From Roseibacillus sp. (GTDB lineage Bacteria; Verrucomicrobiota; Verrucomicrobiia; Verrucomicrobiales; Akkermansiaceae), in the NCBI GenBank assembly GCA_965242925.1, contig CBDEUM010000012.1, positions 96,001 to 160,000 on the forward strand: a stretch of DNA of 64,000 bases. The letters are read 5' to 3'. Both the position numbers and the translations under genes were made by a program. Under the pieces are notes generated by a model. It had not been told where the DNA came from, searched no databases, and worked only from the letters and a program-made list of their open reading frames with translations. Below, in pieces: positions 39,302 to 49,111 of the stretch (positions are counted from its first letter, which is position 1; each line of letters begins with the position of its first letter).

Positions 39302-40720
39302 ATGAATCCCATCGTCCTGATAGTAGACGACGAAAAGCCAACCCGAGACGGCTTGCGCCAGGCTCTCGATGAGCGCTTCGAAGTGTACGTCGCAGCCGAC
39401 GCCCGGGAAGCCCGCCAGGTTCTCAAGAGTGAACCAGTCGATATCCTCCTCACTGATCTTCGACTCGGAACGGACTCGGGAATGGATCTCCTCGATGAAG
39501 CGCTCACCCTGACCAAACCACCCGTCTCCATCATGATGACTGCCTACGGCTCGGTCGAGACCGCGGTGGAGGCAATGCGACGGGGCGCCTGGCACTTCGT
39601 AACCAAGCCGCTGAACCTCGAAGAAGTCGAACTTCTCGTGGCCCGGGCAGCCCGTGGACGCGAAATCGAAAGCGAAAACAGACGACTCACCTCAGAAAAC
39701 CGGGAACTCAAGAAGAAGACTGCGAGCCAAAGCGCCGGCCTCGAACGACTCATCGGAAAGTCCCAGGCCCTGATGCGGATCGGAGAGATGGTAACCCAGG
39801 TCGCGCCCACTCGCGCCACAGTCCTGATCGAGGGCGAATCAGGTACGGGGAAGGAGCTTGTCGCCCACGCACTGCATGACCTGAGCGGACGTCCCGCCGA
39901 CAAGCTCGTCATCGTGAACTGCGCGGCTCTCTCCTCCCAGTTGCTTGAGTCCGAACTATTCGGTCACGAAAAAGGCGCTTTCACCAGCGCTCACCAGAGG
40001 CGCATCGGACGTCTAGAACAGGCCGATGGTGGCACGCTCTTCCTCGACGAGATCGGAGAAATTGATGCCACCACCCAGGTCAAACTCCTCCGTGTACTCT
40101 CCGAACGGACCGTCGAGCGGGTGGGTTCCAACACCTCCATTGCCGTCAATGTCAGAGTGGTGGCCGCCACCAACAGGAACCTGCGTGAACTGGTCACCAC
40201 CGGTCAGTTCCGCGAGGATCTCTTTTTCCGACTGAACGTCGTGACCATCAGGATGCCTCCCCTCCGGGACCGAACTGAAGACATCGTGCTGCTGGCCAGT
40301 TCCTTTCTGCGTGAATTCGCAGAGGAAAACGGTCGCCCCCTCAAACCACTTAGCGACGATGCCCTGAACCTTCTTCGTCACTATTCCTGGCCCGGGAATG
40401 TCCGGGAACTGCGCACTGCCATCGAGCACGGGGTAGTCATGTCCAATGAAGAGGGCATTGAACTACACCATCTCCCTGCCTTTCTCGATCAGAATACTCT
40501 CTCCATCCCCGCTGAAAACGCAGATCCCGCCAACGTGGCCGAAAAGGGCCTTGCGCCTCCCCGAGAATTTAACTTGCATGATCTTGAAATGCACGCCATT
40601 CGGAGCGCCCTGCGCCACACGAGCGGGAATCGCACCAAGGCCGCAGATTTGCTAGGCATCAGTCGGCGCACCCTGCAACGAAAACTGAAAAACCTTTCGA
40701 GCACTTCGGACGCACCCTGA
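39302..40720 (+). CDS. Sigma54-dependent response regulator (NtrC/AtoC family)
   Basis: REC domain; Walker A 'GESGTGKE'; '[15 protein letters not shown]'; 'FLDEI'; 'WPGNVREL'; Fis HTH '[17 protein letters not shown]'. Confidence 0.96.
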   Translation: MNPIVLIVDDEKPTRDGLRQALDERFEVYVAADAREARQVLKSEPVDILLTDLRLGTDSGMDLLDEALTLTKPPVSIMMTAYGSVETAVEAMRRGAWHFVTKPLNLEEVELLVARAARGREIESENRRLTSENRELKKKTASQSAGLERLIGKSQALMRIGEMVTQVAPTRATVLIEGESGTGKELVAHALHDLSGRPADKLVIVNCAALSSQLLESELFGHEKGAFTSAHQRRIGRLEQADGGTLFLDEIGEIDATTQVKLLRVLSERTVERVGSNTSIAVNVRVVAATNRNLRELVTTGQFREDLFFRLNVVTIRMPPLRDRTEDIVLLASSFLREFAEENGRPLKPLSDDALNLLRHYSWPGNVRELRTAIEHGVVMSNEEGIELHHLPAFLDQNTLSIPAENADPANVAEKGLAPPREFNLHDLEMHAIRSALRHTSGNRTKAADLLGISRRTLQRKLKNLSSTSDAP

Positions 40721-40734
40721 TTTAAACCCGCATC

Positions 40735-42537
40735 ATGAGTACCGCAGATAACCCTGTTTCCGCCAACGCCGGCATAATCATTCGCCGCGTTCTCTTTTTC
40801 ATCCTGCTGATTGGCATTTCGCTCCTCTACCTCCTCGTCACCTTCCGAGGACTGGACTCCGCCAAGGGCATGGACCAGGCACAGATCGCACGCGAAATCG
40901 CACGCAACGAGGGCTTCACCACCAAGGTTTTGCGACCGGTCTCGATCTGGCAGAACGGTGAAGTCCGGAGTGGTCAGCCAATCATCAAGGATGCCAACCG
41001 CGACACCTATCACGCACCCCTGCATCCCATCCTCCTGAGTTGGGCCCTCAAATTCGTCGGCGGAGACGACGCGGACAAGTGGCGCATGACCGAAAACGAC
41101 ACCGTCTACAAGCTCGATCGAGTCGTGGCGGCCACCTCGGTGATCTGTTTCCTCATCGCCATCGGGGTAAACTATCTCCTCATCTCTCGAATTTTCGACG
41201 GCAGGATCGGAGGCGTAACGGCCCTGCTCATGCTGCTCTGTGATCTCAACTGGAAATTTTCCCAGACCGGGCTGCCCCAGATGTTCATGCTGCTCCTCTT
41301 TTCCTGCGCCTGCTTTTTCGCATACCGTGCGGTGGAGACCACGGAGGAAGGCCGGATCGCCATCGGGCCTGCTCTCATCGCAGCCGCTTTCCTCGGACTC
41401 CTCGCCCTCACCCACTGGCTGGCGATCTGGATTGTGCTGGGATTTGCAGTCTATGCCGGGTTTTTCCTTCGTCCGCGAGGAGCCGCCGGCCTCGCGGCCC
41501 TGGGATTTGTTCTCCTCGTGTCCCTCCTGCCGCTGATCAAGAACAAACAGTTCAGCGGGAGCATGGGGGGCACTTCCATTCTGGCGGTCTTCAATGGCCT
41601 CGGTACCAGCGAGGACTCCGTAATGCGCACCTACAACCTCCAGGATGCCCACCTGCCCCTTCAAAACCTTCCCTTCAAGATCGTAAGAACCACTATTCTC
41701 CAGGCCGGGGACCTCTACACCAACCTCGGATCCCTCCTGACCGCGCCACTCTTCTTCCTTTCCCTGCTTCATCCCTTCAAGCGAAAATCCATTGCCAATT
41801 TTCGATGGTGCCTTCTCCTCATGTGGCTTTTTGGAGCCATCGGAATGGCCATCTTTGGCCTCAAAGCAGGCACCGCCACCGATCCCAACCAGTTGCACGT
41901 CCTCTTCGCTCCCCTTTTCGCTGCCTATGGCCTTGCCTTTGTGGCCATCCTCTGGAGCCGTCTCAAGGTTCACACCGAAATCCCGCCCCTGCGTAACGCC
42001 CACTTCGTGGTCGCGATCCTGATCAGCGCCGGCCCCATGGTCCTCGACCTCCCTCGCCAGATCCGGGAGGTGGGCAAGGCCGGCACAGTGCCTCCTCACT
42101 GGCCACCCTACTATCCGGCAGCTCTCAATACTGGACTGGCTGCTCAAGTCCGCGAGAACGAAATCGTCGTTACCGATCAACCCTGGGCGGTGGCCTGGTA
42201 TGCTGACCGTACTGCACTCTGGCTGCCCAACCGGGTGGATGATTTCAAGGAACTCGAAAATCTTGCTGATTCCCAGGACACGCCCTTCGCGGGTCTCATG
42301 ATTTCGCCCTATTCTCACAGCAACAAGTTACTTCCGGGCGTCTACAACGAGTACGAGGAATGGGCTCCCCTGATCCTGGACGGCTGGGCCTCCGTCTCTA
42401 CCCGGAGTGCGCCAGGCACTCTCGCGAACCGTGATCCTGAACTCAAGGCGCTCCTCTCCCGTTATCCCAATCCGGTGCGCTTTGTCGATAGCCTCCTCAT
42501 CTTCTGGTCAGTGGCACCCTCTACAGACACTCCCTAG
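40735..42537 (+). CDS. Polytopic GT-C fold glycosyltransferase (ArnT/PMT-like)
   Basis: About 11 hydrophobic segments; first loop 'MDQAQIAREI...HAPLHP' resembles the GT-C D..YA.IAR / P.LYP pattern. Confidence 0.65.
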   Translation: MSTADNPVSANAGIIIRRVLFFILLIGISLLYLLVTFRGLDSAKGMDQAQIAREIARNEGFTTKVLRPVSIWQNGEVRSGQPIIKDANRDTYHAPLHPILLSWALKFVGGDDADKWRMTENDTVYKLDRVVAATSVICFLIAIGVNYLLISRIFDGRIGGVTALLMLLCDLNWKFSQTGLPQMFMLLLFSCACFFAYRAVETTEEGRIAIGPALIAAAFLGLLALTHWLAIWIVLGFAVYAGFFLRPRGAAGLAALGFVLLVSLLPLIKNKQFSGSMGGTSILAVFNGLGTSEDSVMRTYNLQDAHLPLQNLPFKIVRTTILQAGDLYTNLGSLLTAPLFFLSLLHPFKRKSIANFRWCLLLMWLFGAIGMAIFGLKAGTATDPNQLHVLFAPLFAAYGLAFVAILWSRLKVHTEIPPLRNAHFVVAILISAGPMVLDLPRQIREVGKAGTVPPHWPPYYPAALNTGLAAQVRENEIVVTDQPWAVAWYADRTALWLPNRVDDFKELENLADSQDTPFAGLMISPYSHSNKLLPGVYNEYEEWAPLILDGWASVSTRSAPGTLANRDPELKALLSRYPNPVRFVDSLLIFWSVAPSTDTP

Positions 42538-42555
42538 ATCATTCCTTGAGGGTCC

Positions 42556-42873
42556 ATGGCTACCAAGAAGGTAACAGAAACCGGAGCAAGCACCTTTGAA
42601 GGTGCCATGGGGGAGTTGGAAGCTCTCGTAGAAGCCATGGAGAACGATCAACTGCCGCTGGAAGACCTGGTCGCGCACTACGAAAAAGGTGCAGGACTGC
42701 TCCGGCATTGCGAGAAGGTCCTCTCCTCCGCCAAAGAGCGCATCGAATTGATCGAGGTGGGCAACTCGTCTGAAAAGGATCTGGCATCCTCTCCTGAAGA
42801 AGAGGATGCTTTTCCGAGTCCCGACGGTTCCCCGGTCGACGAATCCCTCGACGATGACATCCGACTCCTCTAG
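42556..42873 (+). CDS. xseB: Exodeoxyribonuclease VII small subunit
   Basis: 'FEGAMGELEALVEAME...LED...YEKG..L...C...L..A..RI'. Confidence 0.93.
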   Translation: MATKKVTETGASTFEGAMGELEALVEAMENDQLPLEDLVAHYEKGAGLLRHCEKVLSSAKERIELIEVGNSSEKDLASSPEEEDAFPSPDGSPVDESLDDDIRLL

Positions 42874-44770
42874 TTCGCGGCCCGCTCCCGAGACCTCTCT
42901 CCTCTCTGGTCTCAATGGTCCGGAGGATTTACGGGCCCTGGACAACGACCAACTGCTATCGCTTGCGGACGAGATCCGTGAAACCCTCATCCGAACCCTG
43001 TCCCGCACCGGCGGCCACCTCGGCCCCAACCTGGGAGTGGTGGAACTCACCCTCGCACTCCACCGCGTTTTCAACACTCCCGCTGACAAGTTTATCATGG
43101 ATGTCTCCCATCAGGGCTACGTCCATAAGATGTTAACCGGACGAGGTGACCGGATCGAGTCCATCCGCCAGTATGAGGGACTCAATGGATTTCTCCTGCG
43201 CACCGAATCAGAACACGATTGCTACGGCGCCGGCCATGCCGGGACTGCACTCTCCGCCGCCCTCGGGATGGCTGCCGCCCGTGACCTCAAGGGAGGTGAC
43301 GAGCACGTGGTCGCGATTGCGGGTGACGCCGCTTTCACCTCTGGCCCCACCCTGGAAGCCCTCAACAACATCGCTTCAACCACCAAACGCTTCATTGTGG
43401 TCCTCAACGATAACGAGTGGTCCATCGACAAAAACGTGGGAGCTATCGCAAAACACTTCAATGCCCTGCAAACCAACAAGGCCTACTCGGGCGTGCGCCA
43501 GAAGGCCGCTGACTTCGTGGAGCGGATTGGAGGACATGGCGCGCGGCGACTCGCTCACAAGATCGAGCGCAGCGCCAAGAACCTTCTCTTCCCCAACGTT
43601 CTCTTCGAGAAGTTCGGCGTGCGTTACTTCGGCCCTCTTGATGGACACAACCTGCCCCTCCTGATCAAGACTTTTGATTACCTGAAGGATCAGGAGGAAC
43701 CCGTCATCCTGCACATCATCACTGAAAAGGGACGAGGCTATAAACCGGCCCTGGACAAGCCGGGCAAGTTTCACGGACTCGGCCCCTACAACGTGGAAGA
43801 CGGCTCCACCAGCAAGGAAGGCAATCCCTCCTACTCTGAAGTGTTTGGACGCACGGTCACCAACCTGGCGAAGAAGGACGACAAGATCGTGGCGATCACC
43901 GCTGCCATGCCGGGGGGCACCAAGCTTGAGATCTTCAAGGAGGAGATCCCGGAACGTTACTTCGACGTCGGTATCGCTGAGGAACACGCCGCCCTCTTCG
44001 CCTGTGGACTAGCCACCCAGGGCCTCAAACCCTTCCTTGCCATCTACTCCACCTTCATGCAACGGGCCTACGACATGATCATCCATGACATGGCCCTGCA
44101 GGAACTCCCCGTCCGGCTCTGCATGGACCGGGGGGGACTCTCCGGAGACGACGGACCGACCCACCATGGACTCTTCGATATCGGGTACCTGCGCCATATC
44201 CCCAACATCGTGCACATGCAACCCATCGACGAAGACGAATTCGCCGACATGCTCTGGACCATGGCGCACTATGATGACGGACCGATCGCTGTTCGCTATC
44301 CACGTGGGCCGGGCACAGGGGCTCAACCCAAGGAGAAACCCCGCCTCCTTGAGATCGGAAAGGGCGAACTCGTCCATGATGGCTGTGATGTTGCCCTCAT
44401 CGGACTCGGCTTTGTCCACAACCTTGCGGTGGAAGCGAGGGAAAAGCTTGAAGCTCAGGGCCACTCGGTGGCTCTCGTCAACCCACGTTTCATCAAGCCG
44501 CTGGACAAAGAACTCATCCTGGATGTAGCCAAACGCTGCAAGGTGATCTGCACCTTCGAGGACCATGTCATCAAGAATGGATTTGGCGCGTCTGTCATTG
44601 AGTGCCTCCACGAGGCCAGAATCGACACCCCGGTCGAGCGGGTGGGCTGGCCGGACGAATTCGTCGAACACGGCAAAGTCGACATCCTCCGCGACAAGCA
44701 CGACATCACCTCCGACGCCGCTGTAAAGAAAGTCCTCCCCCACCTTCCCAGCAAGGTGGCTTCTGCGTAG
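42854..44770 (+). CDS. dxs: 1-deoxy-D-xylulose-5-phosphate synthase
   Basis: 'GGHLGPNLGVVELT', 'DVSHQGYVHK', 'GDAA...EALNN', 'DVGIAEEHA', 'DGPTHHG'. Confidence 0.98.
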   Translation: MTSDSSSSRPAPETSLLSGLNGPEDLRALDNDQLLSLADEIRETLIRTLSRTGGHLGPNLGVVELTLALHRVFNTPADKFIMDVSHQGYVHKMLTGRGDRIESIRQYEGLNGFLLRTESEHDCYGAGHAGTALSAALGMAAARDLKGGDEHVVAIAGDAAFTSGPTLEALNNIASTTKRFIVVLNDNEWSIDKNVGAIAKHFNALQTNKAYSGVRQKAADFVERIGGHGARRLAHKIERSAKNLLFPNVLFEKFGVRYFGPLDGHNLPLLIKTFDYLKDQEEPVILHIITEKGRGYKPALDKPGKFHGLGPYNVEDGSTSKEGNPSYSEVFGRTVTNLAKKDDKIVAITAAMPGGTKLEIFKEEIPERYFDVGIAEEHAALFACGLATQGLKPFLAIYSTFMQRAYDMIIHDMALQELPVRLCMDRGGLSGDDGPTHHGLFDIGYLRHIPNIVHMQPIDEDEFADMLWTMAHYDDGPIAVRYPRGPGTGAQPKEKPRLLEIGKGELVHDGCDVALIGLGFVHNLAVEAREKLEAQGHSVALVNPRFIKPLDKELILDVAKRCKVICTFEDHVIKNGFGASVIECLHEARIDTPVERVGWPDEFVEHGKVDILRDKHDITSDAAVKKVLPHLPSKVASA

Positions 44771-44922
44771 ACCCGAAATGCTGGCTGCTTCCCCGTGCCC
44801 CGCTGCACCTGGCACCTTGTATTGATCCCGGAGAAGCAGGCCGGATAGACCACCGAATGGATACGCGTGGGATTACCATCTGCGGCGTTGGATCGCCTCC
44901 CATTTCCGCGTAACGTACTGTT

Positions 44923-47172
44923 GTGCCAACTGCCGCGAAAGTCCTGATCGATGGCCCCTCGGAGCTCATCTTCGACTACGCCGTACCAAAGGAGATGACC
45001 GCCCTCCCCGGTTGCCGCGTGCGCGTGCCCCTCCGCAACAAGTCGGCCACTGGCACCATCCTGAGTGTCGCAGAGAACGGGAACGTGGACTTTGAACTGA
45101 AGCTCATCAACTCGCTCATTGACCCCGAACCCCTGATCACGGAAAAACTGATCCAACTCGCTCAGTGGATGGCAACCTATTACGGCACGCCCCTCGAACA
45201 GATCATGCGTTCGCTTCTGCCCGGCGCGGTGCGCCAGGAGACCCACTCCGCCAAAACACGCCAGGTGGCCGAACTTGTGCAAATTCCCGACGAGGAGACC
45301 CTCGAAAAACTCTCCCGTCGTGCCTCGCGTCAGCATGCTATTCTTCAACTACTCAAGGATTCCGGTCCCATCCCTATCACTGAGCTGGGTGGTACTTCAG
45401 TGCGCCCCAGCGTAAAATCCCTCCAGGAAGCTGGCTACATCACTGTTAGGAACGAGGAAGTCCGCCGCGATCCCGATGCCGGGGATGAATTCCTGGAGAG
45501 CAAACCCCACAAGCTCAATGAGGGCCAACGTGCTGCCTACAGAGTCATCTGTCATGCCATCGACACCTCCCTCGACCGTAAAACCGGAACTGAAAACCTG
45601 TCCTCCTCCCCGAAGCCCATCCTCCTGCACGGGGTCACCGGCTCCGGGAAAACCGAAGTATACCTCCAAACCGCCCAGCACTGCCTGGACCGCGGAAAGT
45701 CTGTCCTTGTCCTCGTTCCCGAGATCGCTCTGACACCTCAGACCGTCCAGCATTTCAAATCGCGCTTCTCTGCCTTGCAGGACCAGGTCGCCGTGCTGCA
45801 TTCGCATCTCTCGCAAGGCGAGCGCTTCGACGAGTGGCATCGCATTCGAAAGGGAGAAGCAAAAGTGGTCGTCGGTGCCCGCTCCGCCATCTTCGCTCCC
45901 CTGCCCGCACCAGGTCTCATCATCGTCGACGAGGAACACGAAAATACCTACAAACAGGAAAACCCTCCCAAATACCAGGGTCGTGACCTGGCAGTGGTGC
46001 GCGCCCATATGGAATGCTGCCCGGTGATCCTCGGGTCGGCCACTCCGTCGCTGGAGTCCTTTCAGAATGCTCAATCCGGCAAGTACGACCTGGTGCACCT
46101 GTCCCAGCGCGCAGACGGCCAATCCCTGCCGCTCATCCGTATCGTGGATATGCGGACCGAGACGCGCAAACACAAGGGTGGCCCCGCCATTCTCTCCGAT
46201 CGCCTCCGCATGGACATGGAGAAGAAACTGGAAGAGGGACAGCAGGTCATCCTCTTTCTCAACCGCCGCGGCTTCGCCCGCTCCCTCCAGTGTCCCAGTT
46301 GCGGCCATGTCTGCGAATGCCAGCATTGTACCGTGGCTCTCACTTACCACCGGACCGAAGAGCGATTGATCTGCCACCTCTGCGGATACCAGTCCATCGT
46401 CCCCCACGCCTGCCCCAAGTGCCAGGACCGCTCCATCCTCCTCCAGGGCTACGGAACGCAGAAAGTCGAAGAGGTTCTCCGCAAAGTATTCCCCCGCTCC
46501 CGTCTGGCCCGTCTGGATGCTGATACCGCCCGCAAGAAGAATGCAGTGCGCGACATCCTGCGGGATTTCCGTGCCCGCAGGATCGACATTCTCCTTGGCA
46601 CCCAGATGATCGCCAAGGGGCTCGACTTTCCCAACGTTACCCTGGCTGGCATCCTCAATGCCGACCTTTCTCTACATGCCCCCGACTTCAGGGCTGGCGA
46701 GCGCACCTTCCAGTTGCTCACCCAGGTGGCTGGCCGTTCCGGGCGTGGCGAAATGGAGGGCGAAGTGGTGATCCAGACCTTCACTCCCCATTCTCCCTCC
46801 GTTCAGTTCGCACGCCATCACGACTACGAGGGGTTCGCCGATCAGGAGTTTGATTTCCGTCGCCAGTTCGATTTCCCACCCTTCAGCCACGCTGCCCTTC
46901 TCACAAGCAAGTGCAGTCACGAACGTCTCGCCGAGTTCACCCTGCAAAACCTCCACCAACGCCTCTCCAGAGACCTTCCCACCGGCATCGAACTCGGAGT
47001 GCCCAATCCCGCCCCCACTCCCAGGGCCCACGGCCTCTTTCGTTTCCAACTCCTCCTTAAGTCGACCAACCCTCGCACCCTCTCCAGGCACGTACAAAAG
47101 GTTCTCGCTGCCACCACGCTCCCGGAAGAGGTTTCCATTGTCTTTGACATGGACGCCTACGACTTCGGTTAG
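44923..47172 (+). CDS. priA: Primosomal protein N' (replication restart helicase)
   Basis: 'GVTGSGKTEVY', 'DEEH', 'GSATPS', Cys-rich CxxC x4, 'GTQMIAKGLDF', 'QVAGRSGR'. GTG start lies 6 nt after TAACGT. Confidence 0.97.
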   Translation: MPTAAKVLIDGPSELIFDYAVPKEMTALPGCRVRVPLRNKSATGTILSVAENGNVDFELKLINSLIDPEPLITEKLIQLAQWMATYYGTPLEQIMRSLLPGAVRQETHSAKTRQVAELVQIPDEETLEKLSRRASRQHAILQLLKDSGPIPITELGGTSVRPSVKSLQEAGYITVRNEEVRRDPDAGDEFLESKPHKLNEGQRAAYRVICHAIDTSLDRKTGTENLSSSPKPILLHGVTGSGKTEVYLQTAQHCLDRGKSVLVLVPEIALTPQTVQHFKSRFSALQDQVAVLHSHLSQGERFDEWHRIRKGEAKVVVGARSAIFAPLPAPGLIIVDEEHENTYKQENPPKYQGRDLAVVRAHMECCPVILGSATPSLESFQNAQSGKYDLVHLSQRADGQSLPLIRIVDMRTETRKHKGGPAILSDRLRMDMEKKLEEGQQVILFLNRRGFARSLQCPSCGHVCECQHCTVALTYHRTEERLICHLCGYQSIVPHACPKCQDRSILLQGYGTQKVEEVLRKVFPRSRLARLDADTARKKNAVRDILRDFRARRIDILLGTQMIAKGLDFPNVTLAGILNADLSLHAPDFRAGERTFQLLTQVAGRSGRGEMEGEVVIQTFTPHSPSVQFARHHDYEGFADQEFDFRRQFDFPPFSHAALLTSKCSHERLAEFTLQNLHQRLSRDLPTGIELGVPNPAPTPRAHGLFRFQLLLKSTNPRTLSRHVQKVLAATTLPEEVSIVFDMDAYDFG

Positions 47173-47404
47173 GCGAGGCCCTTTATCTCCCTCCGGTTTT
47201 CGCCATTCCTTCGAGACTCCCTCCTGCCTTCAGCATCCAACCAGCAAAGCAGTCATTCCAGGGTCATATTTAACCGGTCCTAAGCAATGTGAATATTCTG
47301 TTAATACTTCGGCTCCCTGATAGGTGGTGACTGCTCAACTGCCACCCTTAGAGCCTCAGGCCGCATCCCGCGGATGCCGACCAGAGAATCCATCCCTCCT
47401 TGCC

Positions 47405-48283
47405 ATGGACGCTACGACCGGGGAACCCGTCACCATCAACTTCTACTGTGCCACCTGCGGGAAAATCCTGAGTGGCCCGCCCGACAATCGCATCGCCTGT
47501 TCTTCGTGCCTTACCGGGATTCCGATCCCCACCAGTGCACCCGAAGATTCTTCCAGGATTCTGCATCCCCGGAACGAAGAGATCCTCAAGTTTTTCTGCC
47601 GTCACTGTGAGAAGAAGTTCTCCAGTCCGGTTGCATTCGCGGGCAAGCGGTTCAATTGCCCGATCTGCTCGAAGGAGAGTGTAGTCCCCGGTCCGCACTC
47701 CGAAGCGCCAGCACAAGAGGAGCCGCCCGAAATCCAATTCTCCCATGCGATCCTCGCACGGGATGAGTTTCTCCCGAAATTCGAATTGGAGCCCTGCATG
47801 GCCGATCCTGCATCCGGGCAACCCGAACAGTTACTCCTCCTCGATGAGGCATGCCGTGCAGTCGCAGCCGCACCACGGGGAAAGAAAATCTCCGGGAATG
47901 AGACCAAGCCGAATCCCTCTTCAGTGGAAACCGACGGGGAAGCAGTGCAAAAGCAGGATCATTGCCTCCACAAGCCATCTGCGGAGGAACTCGAATCGAT
48001 CGACCCCCAACCCATTCGCATCAATCACTCCACCAATGGTGGAGATCGCACCATTCTTCCCCAACGCAGGGCCAGGGAAAAGCCCCATGAACTCATTCCC
48101 ATTCGACTGGGAGAGGAGAAGGGTGCCCTGCCGCCCCCCAGCGTCAGGCAACCGGATTCCATCGGCGGGAACGTGTCCGGTCTCTTTCCAGATCCTGGCC
48201 CAAAGGGCGATTCCTTTGATCGACTTTTCGGTGAGGACATTGAAATCAAGAAGATCTTCCCGGCAACAGAGAAGCAGGTGTAG
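47405..48283 (+). CDS. Hypothetical protein with two N-terminal zinc ribbons and a disordered tail
   Basis: CATC/CSSC and CRHC/CPIC pairs; Pro/Glu-rich remainder. Start uncertain (47324-47405). Confidence 0.6.
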   Translation: MDATTGEPVTINFYCATCGKILSGPPDNRIACSSCLTGIPIPTSAPEDSSRILHPRNEEILKFFCRHCEKKFSSPVAFAGKRFNCPICSKESVVPGPHSEAPAQEEPPEIQFSHAILARDEFLPKFELEPCMADPASGQPEQLLLLDEACRAVAAAPRGKKISGNETKPNPSSVETDGEAVQKQDHCLHKPSAEELESIDPQPIRINHSTNGGDRTILPQRRAREKPHELIPIRLGEEKGALPPPSVRQPDSIGGNVSGLFPDPGPKGDSFDRLFGEDIEIKKIFPATEKQV

Positions 48284-48297
48284 AACAGGATTCCGAA

Positions 48298-49104
48298 GTG
48301 AACGATCGCCACCACCTGTTCCGTTTTCTGATCGGTCTCATTCTTGTCGCCTGTGCCTTCCTCACAGGCAGCCCCTCTCTGCAGGCGGCAGAGACCGCCA
48401 CAATCCGACTGGTTTCCTACAACATCAGGCACGGTCGAGGGATGGACAGCAAGGTAGACCTGAAGCGAATCGCGACTGTGCTCCGCAGGCTCAAGCCGGA
48501 CTTGGTCGCCCTTCAGGAAATCGATCACACCTGCACTCGCTCCGGAAAGGTCAATCAGGCCGCGGCCCTGGGAACCCTTCTTGGCATGCATCATCGGTTC
48601 GGGAAGTTCATGGACTTCCAGGGAGGTCAATACGGGCTGGCGATCCTCTCCCGCTTTCCCGTCCAGAAATCCGTTCGGCATCAACTCGCTCCCGGAGCGG
48701 AACCACGCTGTGCACTGGAAGTCACGGTACGACCAACCGCTTCCGGTCCGCTCCTCTCCTTTGTCAGTATTCACAACGACTGGACCCGGGAACCCTTCCG
48801 AATCGCGCAGGTAAACGATCTCCTAATGGGACTCGCCGAACGCAGACACCCCATCATCCTGGCAGGCGACTTCAATGCCGAACCGGAGGCGGAATCGCTG
48901 GCGAGGCTCAAGGCCTCGGGCTTCGCCATTCTTGCCAAGAAAAATGGCACCAGAACCTTCCCTTCTCGGTCTCCCACGATCGAGATCGATTACTTCATGA
49001 CGCGGGGGATCTCCTTTAAAACTGCGCCACTCACCCAGGTGCACGATGAACGCCTCGCCTCCGATCATCGCCCCATCGTGATGGAACTCCCCCTGTCGCG
49101 GTAA
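48298..49104 (+). CDS. Secreted endonuclease/exonuclease/phosphatase (EEP) family protein
   Basis: 'SYNIRHG', 'DLVALQE', 'ILAGDFN', 'IDY', 'SDHRP'; signal peptide. Confidence 0.92.
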   Translation: MNDRHHLFRFLIGLILVACAFLTGSPSLQAAETATIRLVSYNIRHGRGMDSKVDLKRIATVLRRLKPDLVALQEIDHTCTRSGKVNQAAALGTLLGMHHRFGKFMDFQGGQYGLAILSRFPVQKSVRHQLAPGAEPRCALEVTVRPTASGPLLSFVSIHNDWTREPFRIAQVNDLLMGLAERRHPIILAGDFNAEPEAESLARLKASGFAILAKKNGTRTFPSRSPTIEIDYFMTRGISFKTAPLTQVHDERLASDHRPIVMELPLSR

Positions 49105-49111
49105 TTCCAGG

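Noticed and set aside
40489..42318. Long antisense ORFs (also 2804-4087, 8055-9398, 29225-30505, 51235-52722)
   Set aside because: They fully overlap well-supported genes on the opposite strand and have no motifs; expected in high-GC3 DNA.
47745..49019. 424-aa + strand ORF spanning the Zn-ribbon and EEP genes
   Set aside because: Alternative frame over the clearly recognisable EEP gene; Arg/Pro/Ser-rich shadow composition.
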